Shown here piece by piece: positions 1-11,279 of a DNA stretch of 64,000 nt. The notes beneath the pieces are model-generated. The model worked only from the letters and a program-made list of their open reading frames with translations, made no database searches and was not told where the DNA came from. Each line of letters opens with the position of its first letter. The first letter of the stretch is position 1. The stretch comes from an uncultured Gemmatimonadales bacterium (GTDB taxonomy: Bacteria > Gemmatimonadota > Gemmatimonadetes > Gemmatimonadales > GWC2-71-9): NCBI GenBank assembly GCA_963842945.1, contig CAWJIM010000003.1, positions 1-64,000 of the forward strand. The letters are read 5' to 3'. A program made the position numbers and the translations under genes.

Positions 1-63
1 AGGACTCTCCTGATCCAGAGTCAGGCGTGTTGCCAGTTACACCAAGGGGCAGTTTTTGTGTCA

Positions 64-136
64 TGGAGCTGAGGGGGATCGAACCCCTGACCTCTGCAGT
101 GCGATTGCAGCGCTCTCCCAGCTGAGCTACAGCCCC
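64..136 (-). tRNA. tRNA-Ala(CGC)
   Basis: Reverse complement GGGGCTGTAGCTCAGCTGGGAGAGCGCTGCAATCGCACTGCAGAGGTCAGGGGTTCGATCCCCCTCAGCTCCA folds as a cloverleaf with anticodon CGC and a GTTCGA T-loop; CCA not encoded. Confidence 0.96.
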
Positions 137-270
137 ACGAAGGCGCGAAAGTTACCGATCCTCCCCCACCGACGTCAACCAAATTGAAGCCCGTCAGCCC
201 CTGGTCGGCGTGACAGGTACCCTCGAAAGCTCTAGCTTACAGGGTCCAACTCCAATATCCCAAGTCCGGC

Positions 271-2797
271 ATGACAACGACGCCTCAGTCCCCGCCCGCA
301 GACCCCCTTCAGGCCGGCCGAGCCGCTCTCGCCGAGGGGAACTGGGAGGCAGCGCGGCGGAGCTTCGAGGCTGCCAGCCCCCAGCGGGATTCCCCCGAGG
401 CACTCGAAGGCCTGGGCATGGCCTGCTGGTGGCTGGAGGAGTACGCCAGCGGAATCGAAGCCCGGGAGTGTGCCTACCGGCTCTACCGCGCCCGCGAAGA
501 CATGCTCGGGGCTGCCCGGATGGCCATCTGGCTCAGCCATGACTACGCCGAATACCGGGGAGAGACGGCGGTCGCCAATGGCTGGCTCCGCCGGGGCGAG
601 CGCTTCCTCGAAAAGCTTCCTCTGTCGCCCGAACATGCCTTGCTCGCCCAAATCAACGCCCACAACGCTCTCATGGGTCAGCGTGATCCGGTGGCCGCCC
701 GCCGGCTCAGCGCCGAGGCCGCGGAGATCGCGAGGAAGGTCGGCCCCGCCGACATAGAGATGCTGGGCGTGGCGCTCGAGGGGCTGGCGATGGTGAACGA
801 GGGCGAGGTGGCTCAGGGCATGAGCCGTCTGGACGAAGCCACCGCGGCCGCCCTCAGTGGCGAGTTGAACGACCCCACCCTGGTGGGAACCGCGTGCTGC
901 TACCTGATCCGGGCATGCGAGCAGGTGCACGACTATGACCGGGCGGCCCAGTGGTGCCACCGGGTGCGAGAGTTCAGCCGGCGCTGGAATCTGACCGGAC
1001 TCTTCTCCGCTTGCCGGATCCAGTACGCCGGTCTTCTGACCATCCGGGGCGCGTGGACCGAGGCCGAACAGGAGATCGAGGCCCTCCACCGCCACGTCGA
1101 ACAGGTCCAGCCCCGCCTGGTCCCGATCGCGCAGATTCGCCTGGCCGACCTTCGCCGCCGGCAGGGCCGCTGGGACGAGGCCGAAGAGCTCCTGGCCAAG
1201 AGCGGGGCCCATCTGCTGGCCGTGCTGGGGCGGGCGCAGCTGGCTCATGATCGGGGCGAGATGGGCGCTGCGGCAGAGTTGGCCGAGGAGTACCTCCGCC
1301 GGGTGCCCGCGGCCGACCGCACCGAACGAGTGCCGGGTCTCGACGTTCTGGCCCGGGCACGTGCCGGTGAAGGCTCGCTGGACCAGGCCCGAGTTGCCAT
1401 CGCCGAGCTGCGGACGATCGCCGACAGAGTGGGGACCGAGCCGCTGCAGGCGATCGTCGCTCATGCGGAGGGCTGCCTGCTTGCCGCTCGAAGGCAACCA
1501 TGAGGCCGCCTGCGAGCGTTTAGAGTCGAGCGCGTCCTTGTTCGAGCGGAACGAGACTCCGTTCGAGGCCGCCCGGTCGCGGCTTCAACTGGCCCAGAGC
1601 CTGAACCGGTTGGGGCGCCGGGAGCCGGCTTCCCTGGCCCTCGAGGACGCCCACAACACCCTGGAAAAGCTGGGTGCGGCGCGACCGGCGAAAGTCCCGA
1701 CACCTCCCGAAACCAAGACTGCCGGTCCGAGCGTCCCCCTTCTGTTCCAGATTCAGGACGCGCTCGCCGGCCACTACTCGATCCAGCGCGAGCTGGGCAA
1801 GGGTGGCATGGCCACTGTCTACCTCGCCCGCGACCTGCGACACGACCGGCTCGTGGCGCTCAAAGTCATGCGGGCGGACCTCGCCTCTTCAGTCGGGCCG
1901 GAAAGATTCCTTCACGAGATCCGCATCACGGCCCAGCTCCGCCATCCCCGCATTCTCCCGGTATTCGATTCCGGTGAGGCGGCGGGCCAGCTCTGGTATA
2001 CCATGCCGTTCGTCGAAGGGGAGACCCTGAGGCAGCGGCTGGTCCGCGAGCGCACCATCGCCGTGGAGGATGCGGTCCGAATTACCTGCGAGGTGGCATC
2101 GGCTCTGGACTACGCTCACCGGCGCAGCGTCGTGCATCGGGACGTCAAGCCCGAAAACATCATGATCGAGGAGCAGCACGCCGTCATCGCGGACTTTGGC
2201 GTGGCCCGGGCACTGGACAAGGCAGCGGGCGAGGGTCTCACCGCCACGGGCTTTGCGGTTGGAACGCCGGCGTACATGAGCCCGGAAGAAGCCAGCGGAG
2301 TGCAGGAGGTCGACGGACGGGCCGACGTCTACGCCCTGGGCTGCGTGCTGTACGAGATGCTCGCCGGCGGACCGCCCTACACCGGAACGCCGAAGGCGGT
2401 GATCGTCCAGCGGCTTCATGGTCCTCCTCCGGCCATCAGCCAGCGCCGGTCGGGGGTGCCCCGCTGGCTGAGTCAGGCGATCGCCAAGGCCATGGCGATC
2501 GATCCCAACGATCGATTCAAGACTGCCGGTGAGCTCGCGGAGGCCTTGAGCAACCCGGCCCATTCGGGCAGTTGGCTCGCCCGCATAACCGCCCGTCTCC
2601 TCAACCGGGCACTCCTGCTCACGAGTCTGGCTTTCTTCCTGGCGGTACCAGCTTCGGGCCGTCTGGGAGCATTGCTCTCCGTGCCGTTTTATGTCTCACC
2701 GGCCTGGCTCAGAGTCGATCCCAACTTCTCGGGGTTTGCGAGGCAATCCCGAGTTCCAGAGGCTGTCGGACACTCAGCTCTCCCGCTGAGCCACTGA
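271..2797 (+). CDS. MalT/LuxR-type TPR-like helical domain fused to a Ser/Thr protein kinase (frameshift near 1490)
   Basis: ORF 271..1503 is an Ala/Leu/Arg helical repeat region that continues in ORF 1247..2797 (GNHEAACERLE...LEKLGA), followed by GKGGMATVY, VALK, HRDVKPEN, DFG, GTPAYMSPE. Confidence 0.8.
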
Positions 2798-2809
2798 AGG
2801 AGTACTTCC

Positions 2810-4490
2810 ATGCCCCACGACACGCAGCAGCGACTCTGGCGGTCTATTGGAGGTGTTGCGCTCTGGCTGGTTGTTCCAGGGGGACTGAACGCACAGGAAC
2901 ACCAGCACCCGCCCGGAATGCCGACCGCCGAGTCCACCTCCCCGACACCGCTCTACGAGAACCTCGGGAGTCTCCATCATACGGTGACGACCGAGTCGGA
3001 GAAGGCGCAACAGTACTTCGACCAGGGCCTTCGCCTGACCTATGCCTTCAACCATGACGAGGCGGTCAAGTCGTTCAAGCAGGCGCTGGCGCACGACTCC
3101 ACCTGTGCCATGTGCTACTGGGGCATTGCGTACGCGCTGGGGCCCAACATCAACCTGCCGATGGACAGCTCAGTGGTGAGACCGGCCTGGGATGCGTCTT
3201 ACAATGCCGTCCGGCTGTCGGTGAACGTCTCGCCCAAAGAACGGGCCTACATCGATGCCTTGAGCAAGCGCTACTCGGCCGACCCCAAGGCAAACCGCGC
3301 CGCGCTGGACACCGCCTGGGCTCGAGCCATCGGCGCAGTATCCCGGAAATATCCTGATGACGACGATGCGGCGGTCCTGTACGCCGAGTCTCTGATGGAC
3401 CTCCGCCCCTGGAACTACTGGAGCAATGCCGGGAAATCCACTGGCGCCGAGTACCAAAGAACAGGTGAAAGTGCTGGAGCAGATCGTGAAACGAAATCCG
3501 GATCATCCGGGTGCCTGCCACTTCTACATCCACGCCATCGAAGCCTCACCCGACGCCCGCAAAGCGCTTCCCTGTGCCCAGCGCCTCGGCAGTCTCATGC
3601 CCGGAGCCGGCCACCTGGTTCACATGCCTACCCACATTTACATCAAGCTGGGTGAGTGGGATCTGGCGGCTGAGCACAACGCGCACGCGCTGCATGCCGA
3701 TGAAGAGTTCATCAAGGAGCGGCATCCGACCGGCGTGTATCCGCTGGGTTACTACACCCACAACTTCCACGTGATGTGGTACGCCCTGAACATGCTGGGC
3801 CGGAGCGAGGACGCCCTGAAGACAGCGCGGACCATTGGGGAGAAGATTCCCCCGGAGGTGGTCAAGCAGATACCCTCACTGGAATACTACTCCCCCACCC
3901 TGCTGTACACCCTGGTGCGCTTCTCCCGCTGGGACGACATCCTGCGCCAGCCGGCGCCTGCGAGTCATCTCCGCTACACCACCGGCAGCTGGCACTACGT
4001 GCGGGCGTTGGCGTACACTGCCAAGGACCAGCCCGACTCGGCAGCGATCGAGCAAGACGCGCTGGTGGCAATTGCCCAGGCCATGACGGCCGATCTGATG
4101 ATGAACCTGAATTCCGGCAAGGCGCTGCTGGAGATCGCCAAGGCCCATCTGGCGGGTGAGATGGCCGCCAAGCAGGGACGGGTCGACGAGGCAGTCGTTC
4201 AGCTCAAAGCCGCCATTCAGGGAGAAGACCAGCTGATCTACGAAGAGCCCCCGGCCTGGTACATGCCCCTGCGGCAGCGGCTGGGCACCATTCTGCTGGC
4301 GGCGGGAAAACCGGGGCAGGCAGAAAAGATATTCCGCGAAGATCTCGACCGGCGACCGGAAAACGGGTGGTCGTTATATGGTCTGGCCCAGAGCCTTCGT
4401 GCCCAGGACAAGGTGAAGGCCGCCGAGAAAATCGAGGAACGATTCGAAGAAGCCTGGAAGACAGCGGATGTGAAGCTGGCGCTTCAATAG
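2810..4490 (+). CDS. Secreted TPR-repeat protein (frameshift near 3440)
   Basis: Signal-peptide-like N-terminus; AQQYFDQGLRLTYAFNHDEA, HPGACHFYIHA, GHLVHMPTH; ORFs 2810..3655 and 3426..4490 join; GAAGGAG RBS upstream. Confidence 0.8.
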
Positions 4491-4502
4491 CCGGCTATAG
4501 CT

Positions 4503-5366
4503 CTACTCTGGAATGCTCTTCCGGGTGATGTACACCAGCGTGCACCCTCCCACGCTGGTGGTTGTGTCATGGGTGGTGCTCGGGCTGGCCCGATGGTAGT
4601 CCTCGGGCCCGAGCTCAATGCCCTGACAGCGGCAGTCTCCCGAGATCAGGCAAAGCTCTTCCACCCAGTCATGGCGGTGCCGGGCGATCGTAGCGCCGGG
4701 CTCCACGCGGAGAAGAGAGATCTCCACCCCCTCTTCCTCGCTGCCGCTCAGGGGCAGGGCCAGCGTTCCCGGCTCCATCAGGTTCCAGGCGGCCTTGCCT
4801 GAGCGGACGGCACGGGGTGAGTCGAGCGGCGCCGCCGTCGGCGAGCCCGCCACCGCAAGCAGGACGGTGTCCATCACCACGGCCATCTGACGCCCGGGTA
4901 CCTTGCCCGCCGCGGGAAGGAAGTCGCCGGCGCCGAGTCGCATCCCATCGCCATCCAGCTCACCTCGCATGATGACGTACCCCAAATGTCCCGGGTGGTA
5001 GGCCTCCGACAACCAGGATCCGGTGGGGAGCGACAGCAGCGAGGTCAGTGCACCTTCCGGGGTGCCGAACAGCACCTTCACCTCGAGCCCGTTTTCCTCT
5101 CGCCATTCACCCGGCCCGTTCAGGACAAAGGCAAAGTTGTTGCCTCCAACCCGATCCAGGATCCGCTGCCGCAAGGCCTCGGGAGAAACGAGCGGCTCAA
5201 TACCCAGGGCAAGCAACGCCGCTGTCTCCCGGAATTGCCGTAGGTCCGTGGCGCAGCTCTCGCACCCCGCAGCCAGATGACTTGCCAGGGTCCCATCAGC
5301 ATCGGCGTCGGCGAGACCCAGCGCGAACGCCGCGAGACGATTCGCCAGCTCCGGTGGGTGGCTCAT
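4503..5366 (-). CDS. ChrR-like anti-sigma factor (zinc-binding motif plus cupin domains)
   Basis: HLAAGCESC near the N-terminus; C-terminal cupin HRH..EE..GD...H; overlaps the stop of the ECF sigma gene. Confidence 0.75.
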   Translation of the reverse strand: MSHPPELANRLAAFALGLADADADGTLASHLAAGCESCATDLRQFRETAALLALGIEPLVSPEALRQRILDRVGGNNFAFVLNGPGEWREENGLEVKVLFGTPEGALTSLLSLPTGSWLSEAYHPGHLGYVIMRGELDGDGMRLGAGDFLPAAGKVPGRQMAVVMDTVLLAVAGSPTAAPLDSPRAVRSGKAAWNLMEPGTLALPLSGSEEEGVEISLLRVEPGATIARHRHDWVEELCLISGDCRCQGIELGPEDYHRASPSTTHDTTTSVGGCTLVYITRKSIPE

Positions 5367-5980
5367 AGCGCCTCGCGCCGAAGGCTCCGCTCCAGCTCTG
5401 CCCGCACCTGCTCCAGTGCCTCCCGAAGCGATGCCACCACGTCATCGGCCCGAATCCCCAGCCGCTCCGCGACATCGGCGACGTTTGCGCCGCCCCGCGA
5501 CGACAGGGCGAGAATTTCCCGTTGCCGCGGCTGAAGCTGGTCCAGAGCCCGATTGACCCGGGAGCTGCGAAGCTCGGGTGGACACCGCAGGAGCCGGCGG
5601 GTCAGCGGCACATCTCCTGTTCGATCATGGAGCGCCCGCGCGCTCGGCACCGGCGTTTCGGTTCTCAGCGCGATGGCCCAGCTGCGGCACCGCTCCAGCA
5701 GCCAGGGTGAAAGCGCCGGAAGCTGACCGAGCCACGCCCGCTTTTCCCACAACTCGGCGAAGGTCTCTTCCACGGCACCTTCGGCATGCCGGGCGTCTTC
5801 GCTGATCCCGAGCGCCACGGCGTAGAGGGAGGGGCCGACCAGGTCGAACAGCTCGCCCAGTGCGGCCTCGTCGCCTTCGGCGATCCATCGCGCCAGCTGG
5901 CGTTCAGCGGCGGCACCGTCAGGTGCAGAGACCTTGCGGCGCGAGTGTGGGTGGTCGGCTGAGAGAGGTGTAGAGCTCAC
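5363..5980 (-). CDS. ECF-type RNA polymerase sigma factor (divergent)
   Basis: GDEAALGELFD (region 2) and ALDQLQPRQREIL...VAERLGI (region 4); coupled to the anti-sigma gene. Confidence 0.75.
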   Translation of the reverse strand: MSSTPLSADHPHSRRKVSAPDGAAAERQLARWIAEGDEAALGELFDLVGPSLYAVALGISEDARHAEGAVEETFAELWEKRAWLGQLPALSPWLLERCRSWAIALRTETPVPSARALHDRTGDVPLTRRLLRCPPELRSSRVNRALDQLQPRQREILALSSRGGANVADVAERLGIRADDVVASLREALEQVRAELERSLRREAL

Positions 5981-6024
5981 AACAGGAAAATACAGTACTC
6001 GAGTGGCGCCGTGTAAACCCTATT

Positions 6025-6522
6025 TCATTTCCGCTGGAGATCGTAGGTCAGGACCTGCTCTTTACCGTCTTCGCCCGGACCGGAAACGAGGATAGTGAGC
6101 CGCTTTCCGGAGGCCCGCTGGTAGCTGATCCGGGTGGGAAAGTCGTGCGCGAGATTTTCAAAGACCGCGCGCTTGGCTTTGGGGTCGTATTCCGACAGAG
6201 GGAACGAAACCGAGGACTTACCCTCAGGAAACGGCGTCAAAACCAGAGTATCGCCTTGCTGCTCGAAGCGCTCGAACTCGAAGCCAGCCGGCTTTCCATT
6301 CTCGGTGTACTTGCTGGCGCTGAGAATCTGCCCGCCATCCACGCCGGTATAATGCGCCTCGAATTCGCGGCCTCCGATCTTGCCGCGCCAGACACCTTCG
6401 AGCCAGCTCAGATCGGTGATTTGAGGCGGGGCAGCGGGGCGGCGGGGCAGCGGGGCGGCAGAAGCGAAAAGAAGCAACCCTAGAGGGAGGACGACCGCGC
6501 GCATTTGCCGCTCCCGGAGCAT
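6025..6522 (-). CDS. Secreted DUF6265-like protein
   Basis: Signal peptide, DLSWLEGVWRG and VFENLAHDFPTRISY motifs. Confidence 0.7.
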   Translation of the reverse strand: MLRERQMRAVVLPLGLLLFASAAPLPRRPAAPPQITDLSWLEGVWRGKIGGREFEAHYTGVDGGQILSASKYTENGKPAGFEFERFEQQGDTLVLTPFPEGKSSVSFPLSEYDPKAKRAVFENLAHDFPTRISYQRASGKRLTILVSGPGEDGKEQVLTYDLQRK

Positions 6523-6613
6523 GTGTCCGATGAAAACCGAGGAGAAAACCTAGGGGAACAATCTTGCTCGACTGCTGCCCCGCTGCCCCGCCTGCCCCGC
6601 TGTCCCCTGCCGC
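6426..6613. repeat. Inverted pair of GCGGGGC(A/G) octamer tandem arrays
   Basis: Four copies at 6426-6457; complementary TGCCCCGC copies at 6572-6613. Confidence 0.75.
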
Positions 6614-7789
6614 CTACTGGTACTGGATATACAGCGGCTTGGGATACAGATCCAGGACCTGCTGCGGCGTCATCATCGGCTTGTCGTTCTTGTAGAACAG
6701 CTTGAAGCCGGTGTATTGCACCGGATGGCGGACGACGAACCAGCGGTAGGCGCCCATCTTGCTCCCCGGTGTCCCCCATCCGTCCATGTCGATGATTACC
6801 TGAACCCGCGGGTCCAGCCGGATCTGGGACGCATTGGTCAGCATGTTCCGGGTGAACCGGTGTACCACCAGGACCTTGGGCGGAAGCTGCTGCTCCTCGA
6901 CTACCCGTGCCAGCACGCCGATCGCGTGGTTGACCTCCGACGCATCCATCCGGCCCATCCAGTCGGTCCCGGGCCGCTTGCCGTCCTTCATGGCGAACTC
7001 GGGATCCAGCGCCAGGTGCACGTGGGGGTACTTGAGATAGGGTACGACGACCTTGAGCTCGTCTTCGACGTTGCTGACCCCGACCTGGATGTCTAGAAAA
7101 ACGATCCAGCCCCGTTCCTCCGCCCAGCCTGCCACTCGGCGGATCACGCTATCCGGCATCTGGAGCCGGTACTTCCGCGCCGGGCCTGGATAGCCCTGAG
7201 CCACTGTGGCGATGAGATGCAGTGCCGGCAGCACCTTCTGGCCGCTGTCCGCCGCAGCCCATTCGGTGGCCACCTTTTCGAGGCGGACCAGCATCTCCTC
7301 CGGGGGGAGCTCGCCCAGAATTCCCATGCGCTTCGAGAGCGGGTTCCCATAGAACGCCACGATCCGATGTTCCGGGAGAAGCGAGCCGGGCAACGGTGGG
7401 GGGGCCTTGACCGGCCACAAGGCCGAGTCGCTGGGACTGATGTTGAATGGCCCACGCTTCTTGGGAGGGGCCGCAACGGATGGGTTCTTTACCCCGGCTT
7501 TGGAGCTGTCCCGGTGGGCCGAGTCAGTGAGCGCCGCCCGGCTGTGGGTCAGCAGGCTGTCGAGCAGGGTGACGGTGTCGCTTGCCGCCGAATCGGTCGG
7601 CGGGGTGCGCGGAATCAGAATGGGACGGGGAGACCAGAGCGCCGGCTGCACCTCCCAGTCCTGCTTCGGGTCCTCCTGCTGCTGCACCGCGCGAGCGGAG
7701 GCGTTGCCGCAACCGAGCAGTACCGCGGTGAGAAATGCGATAATGATGGTAGAGCGCAACGTGGACGTGGCCGGGAAGGAACGGTCCAT
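6614..7789 (-). CDS. Conserved hypothetical lipoprotein
   Basis: Lipobox-like LLGC; RIVAFYGNP, FLDIQVG, LALDPEF, DMDGWG, GFKLFY motifs; ATG at 7789 preferred over 7897. Confidence 0.65.
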   Translation of the reverse strand: MDRSFPATSTLRSTIIIAFLTAVLLGCGNASARAVQQQEDPKQDWEVQPALWSPRPILIPRTPPTDSAASDTVTLLDSLLTHSRAALTDSAHRDSSKAGVKNPSVAAPPKKRGPFNISPSDSALWPVKAPPPLPGSLLPEHRIVAFYGNPLSKRMGILGELPPEEMLVRLEKVATEWAAADSGQKVLPALHLIATVAQGYPGPARKYRLQMPDSVIRRVAGWAEERGWIVFLDIQVGVSNVEDELKVVVPYLKYPHVHLALDPEFAMKDGKRPGTDWMGRMDASEVNHAIGVLARVVEEQQLPPKVLVVHRFTRNMLTNASQIRLDPRVQVIIDMDGWGTPGSKMGAYRWFVVRHPVQYTGFKLFYKNDKPMMTPQQVLDLYPKPLYIQYQ

Positions 7790-7871
7790 AAGCCCAGATT
7801 CAAGAGAGATGCGGTCGCCGGTCGGCTTACCGCACCGATCTGCAAGGCCAGGGCCAAGCCGCACTTCTGCC

Positions 7872-8792
7872 TCAATCCCCATCGCTGTACGGGACATCCA
7901 GCGTCATGCCGTCTCGCGCAATAATTGTCTCCGGGAACACCGCCTTGGCCTCGGCCAGGAGCTCCGCGGTGTCCCGGTTGTATCGCGAGCTGATATGGGT
8001 GAGAACCAGCCGGCGGGCCCCGGCCTCGACCGCTACCCGGGCGGCCTCGGCAGCGGTCGAGTGGCCGGTCTCCTTTGCCCGTTCCTGTTCGTCACCGCCA
8101 AAGGTGGCCTCGTGCACCAGCAGATCGGCTCCGCGGGCGGCCTCGACCACCGAGAGGTGGGGACGAGTGTCCCCCGTATAGACCAGAGACCGACCCTGCC
8201 GGGGGGCGCCGACCAGGTCGCTCGGGGCGATGGTTCGGCCATCCGGAAGCGTGATGGCCTTGCCCCGATGCAGGTCTCCCCAGAGCGGACCCTCGGGAAT
8301 GCCCAGCTCCCGGGCCCGGGCTGGGTTGAAGCGGCCCAGACGGGCGTGCTCCACCAGCGCAAAGCCCACGGTGTCGGCCCGGTGATCGGTCTCGAAGACC
8401 ACGACGTCATAGTCATTGCGGCCCAGCCGATCGCCCGGTTTGACCTCCAGGATCTCGACCGGAAATTTGTTGCGCTCGATACCCAGCGAAATTGCCGCGC
8501 CGAGTACCCGCTGGGCACCCTTGGGCCCGTAGAGCATCACCGGCGCCGAGCGATCCTGCAGCCCCAGTGTCCGCAAGAGGCCGGTGACGCCGAGCATGTG
8601 ATCGGCATGATAGTGAGTGAAAAATATCTCGCGAAAAGTGAAGCCCACGCCGTAGCGCATCATCTGGCGCTGGCTTCCCTCTCCGCAATCGAAGAGGATG
8701 GTCTCGCCTTCCCGCTGTACGGCCAGGCCGGCCACGTTTCTGTCGATGGTGGGGATGGACGCGCTGGTGCCCAGGAAGGTGATGCTCAGCAT
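7872..8792 (-). CDS. rnz: Ribonuclease Z
   Basis: FLGTSASIPT, FDCGEG, THYHADH, GDTRP, HEATF, LTHISSRY; the C-terminal part of ORF 7872..9689. Confidence 0.93.
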   Translation of the reverse strand: MLSITFLGTSASIPTIDRNVAGLAVQREGETILFDCGEGSQRQMMRYGVGFTFREIFFTHYHADHMLGVTGLLRTLGLQDRSAPVMLYGPKGAQRVLGAAISLGIERNKFPVEILEVKPGDRLGRNDYDVVVFETDHRADTVGFALVEHARLGRFNPARARELGIPEGPLWGDLHRGKAITLPDGRTIAPSDLVGAPRQGRSLVYTGDTRPHLSVVEAARGADLLVHEATFGGDEQERAKETGHSTAAEAARVAVEAGARRLVLTHISSRYNRDTAELLAEAKAVFPETIIARDGMTLDVPYSDGD

Positions 8793-8803
8793 GGCCCTGC
8801 CCC

Positions 8804-9689
8804 TTAGAACAGCTTGACCGTCACCCCGACCTTGCCCGGATGTTTCTTGATCTCGTCCAGCAGCTCCTTCAAGGACTTGGACACGTCCCGCATGTCGTAA
8901 TACAGACCGCTGTCGGTGGCGAACTTGCCCAGGGTGCCCTGGCCCCGGTTGATGGCCGCGAGCGTCGAATCCAGCCGCGCGGTCATGGCGGCCAGGTTGC
9001 CGGTGAGCGTGTCGGCGCGGGTGAGCGCACGGCCCAGCGCAGGATTGGCCAGCGTGCTGTCCAGACGGCTGCTCAGCTGCCGGAACGACGCCATGGTGCG
9101 GGTGAGCTCCGCGGTGGGCCCGTGGGTGGAATCGCCGTAGATCCGCATGGTCCGCTCGCGCCGCCTTGAGGGTGCCCTCCATGGCGGTGAGCATCGAGCG
9201 GAGCTGGTCGGCCGTTTCCTTGTTCATGATGGCCTGGGCCCCGATCAGGATGCTGTCCGCCCGGTCGCTTAATGCCAGGGCCCGCCCTGAGAGTCCGAGA
9301 TCCTGGACTCCCAGAATGACCTTCCCCGGAGGCAAGAACTCGGCGGCGCTTCCCGGATCGAAGTCCACCGCGTAATCACCGACCAGCGTTACCGAGACGA
9401 TCTTTGCCTCCGCATCGACGCGAGGGCGGACGTTGGCTGGGAGACTGGCCGTCACCATCACGTTGCCGACACCTCGAAACTCGATCCGTTCCACCTTGCC
9501 GACATTGACTCCTGACACCCGCACCGGCGAGGCGCGCTTGAGACCGCTCGCGTTGGCGAACTTGATCAGCGCCAGATTGTCGGACGACACGGACCGACCG
9601 CTGAGCCACATGGTTCCGAAGATGAAGACCAGGATGGCCACGGTCACAATCGTGCCGACGATGACTTCACGGGAATAGCGAAGGTCCAT
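8804..9689 (-). CDS. mlaD: MlaD/MCE family protein (frameshift near 9155)
   Basis: N-terminal TM; FANASGLKRASPVRVSGVNVGKV; GTLGKFATD C-terminus in ORF 8804..9148. Confidence 0.85.
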
Positions 9690-9694
9690 GGGGC

Positions 9695-10447
9695 TCAGGC
9701 CGCGAACGAGGGATTGTCGAAGTCACGCTCCAGGAACTCACGGACCTTCTGATTCGTCGAATCGCGGAACTCCTGCGGCGTCCCCTGCATCACGATCTTT
9801 CCCTCGCTCAGGAGGGCCAGCCGGTCCGCCACTCGAAAGGCGCCGCGGACGTCATGGGTCACCATGACGCTGGTCACGCCGAGCTCATGGTCCAGCCGCT
9901 GAACCAGGCCGTCGATGATGTCGGCATTGACCGGATCGAGACCGGAGGTGGGCTCGTCGTATAACAGGTACTTCGGATTTCCGGCGATGGCCCGGGCAAT
10001 GCCGACCCGCTTCCGCATGCCCCCGGAAAGCTGGGCGGGAAACTTTTCGATGGTATCGGCCGGCAGATTGACCAGCCGAATGCACTCGGCCACGCGCTGA
10101 TGGCAGTACTCCAGGTCGGCGTAGCGGTCCTCGTCGGTAATGCCGAGCCGCACATTCTCGAACACATTCATCGAGTCGAAGAGCGCTCCGTTCTGGAAGA
10201 CGTACCCGATATGCGAGCGAAGCTCGGACAACTCCTGGCGCTTGAGCAGGCAGACGTCCTTCCCATCGACGTAGATCTCGCCTTCATCCGGCCGGATCAG
10301 GCCGATGACGTGCTTGAGCAGCACACTTTTGCCGGTTCCGGAGGGCCCCAGCAGTGCCACCGTCTCGCCCTCGCGGACCTCGAAGTCGACGCCGTTCAGC
10401 ACCACCTGTTTGCCGAACGCCTTATGGACGTTGCGAAGTTCGATCAT
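9695..10447 (-). CDS. mlaF: MlaF-type ABC transporter ATP-binding protein
   Basis: GPSGTGKS, LSGGMRKRV, YDEPTSGLD; starts MIELRNVHK. Confidence 0.9.
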   Translation of the reverse strand: MIELRNVHKAFGKQVVLNGVDFEVREGETVALLGPSGTGKSVLLKHVIGLIRPDEGEIYVDGKDVCLLKRQELSELRSHIGYVFQNGALFDSMNVFENVRLGITDEDRYADLEYCHQRVAECIRLVNLPADTIEKFPAQLSGGMRKRVGIARAIAGNPKYLLYDEPTSGLDPVNADIIDGLVQRLDHELGVTSVMVTHDVRGAFRVADRLALLSEGKIVMQGTPQEFRDSTNQKVREFLERDFDNPSFAA

Positions 10448-11220
10448 TGATTCAAGAGCAGTCGGGTGAGCACCGTGTCCAATACGAGAATCAGCACGGA
10501 GCTGGCGACCACCGCCGTGGTGGTGGATTTGCCCACGCCCTCCGCGCCCTGCTGGGTGTTGAAGCCCATGTAGCAGGAGATCACCGTAATGGAGCCGGCA
10601 AAGAAGAAGGCTTTGATCACCGAGTACCAGGCATCCCAGGGCCGCCAGTAGTACTGCGCTCCATAAATGAAGTCCGCGTCCGTCACCGGCAGAACGGCTT
10701 TGACCGAGATCCAGCCGGACACCACCCCGGAGAGGTTCGCCAGAATGGTGAGGGCAGGTATCATCAGGAGGCCGGCCAGCACCCGGGGGATCACCAGGTG
10801 CGACGCGGGCGAACGGCCCAGGCTCTCCAGCGCGTCGATCTGTTCGGTCACCCGCATGGTTCCCAGCTCGGCCGCATAGCGGGCGCCGATCCGGCCGGCC
10901 AGAATCAGCGCGGTCAGCACCGGGCCCAGCTCCAGAATGATGGACGAGACCACCAGCGTTCCGACCACATAGTACGGGATGGCGCCGGTAAACTGGTAGC
11001 CGGTCTGCAGGGCGGTGACCGCGCCCGGCAAACGCCGAGATCAGCAGCACGATGAACAGACTTCCAGCGCCGATGTTCCAGGCCTCGATCATCATTCTGG
11101 GCCACCAGATTCGGACCTCGCTGAGGCCGCGAATGGCTTCCAGCGACGAAATAGGTCAACCGCCCCACGTGCGGATGCGCCATCCAGTACCAGCCGGCCG
11201 ATCAGGGCCAAGGGATTCAT
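10444..11220 (-). CDS. mlaE: MlaE-type ABC permease (frameshifts near 11030-11150)
   Basis: ELGPVLTAL..AGRIG..AAELGTMRVTEQIDAL, GAEGVGKSTT. Confidence 0.88.
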
Positions 11221-11279
11221 GGGGACCAAAGCTAATTCCGTTCAGGTTGCGCCGTTAGGCGAGCACTACCTGCAGCTTC

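Noticed and set aside
7872..9689. Apparent MlaD-RNase Z fusion (605 aa)
   Set aside because: An indel near 9155 causes it; the MlaD C-terminus is in ORF 8804..9148 and rnz has its own ATG at 8792
9695..11095. Apparent N-terminally extended MlaF
   Set aside because: The extension is out-of-frame mlaE sequence; the real start is 10447
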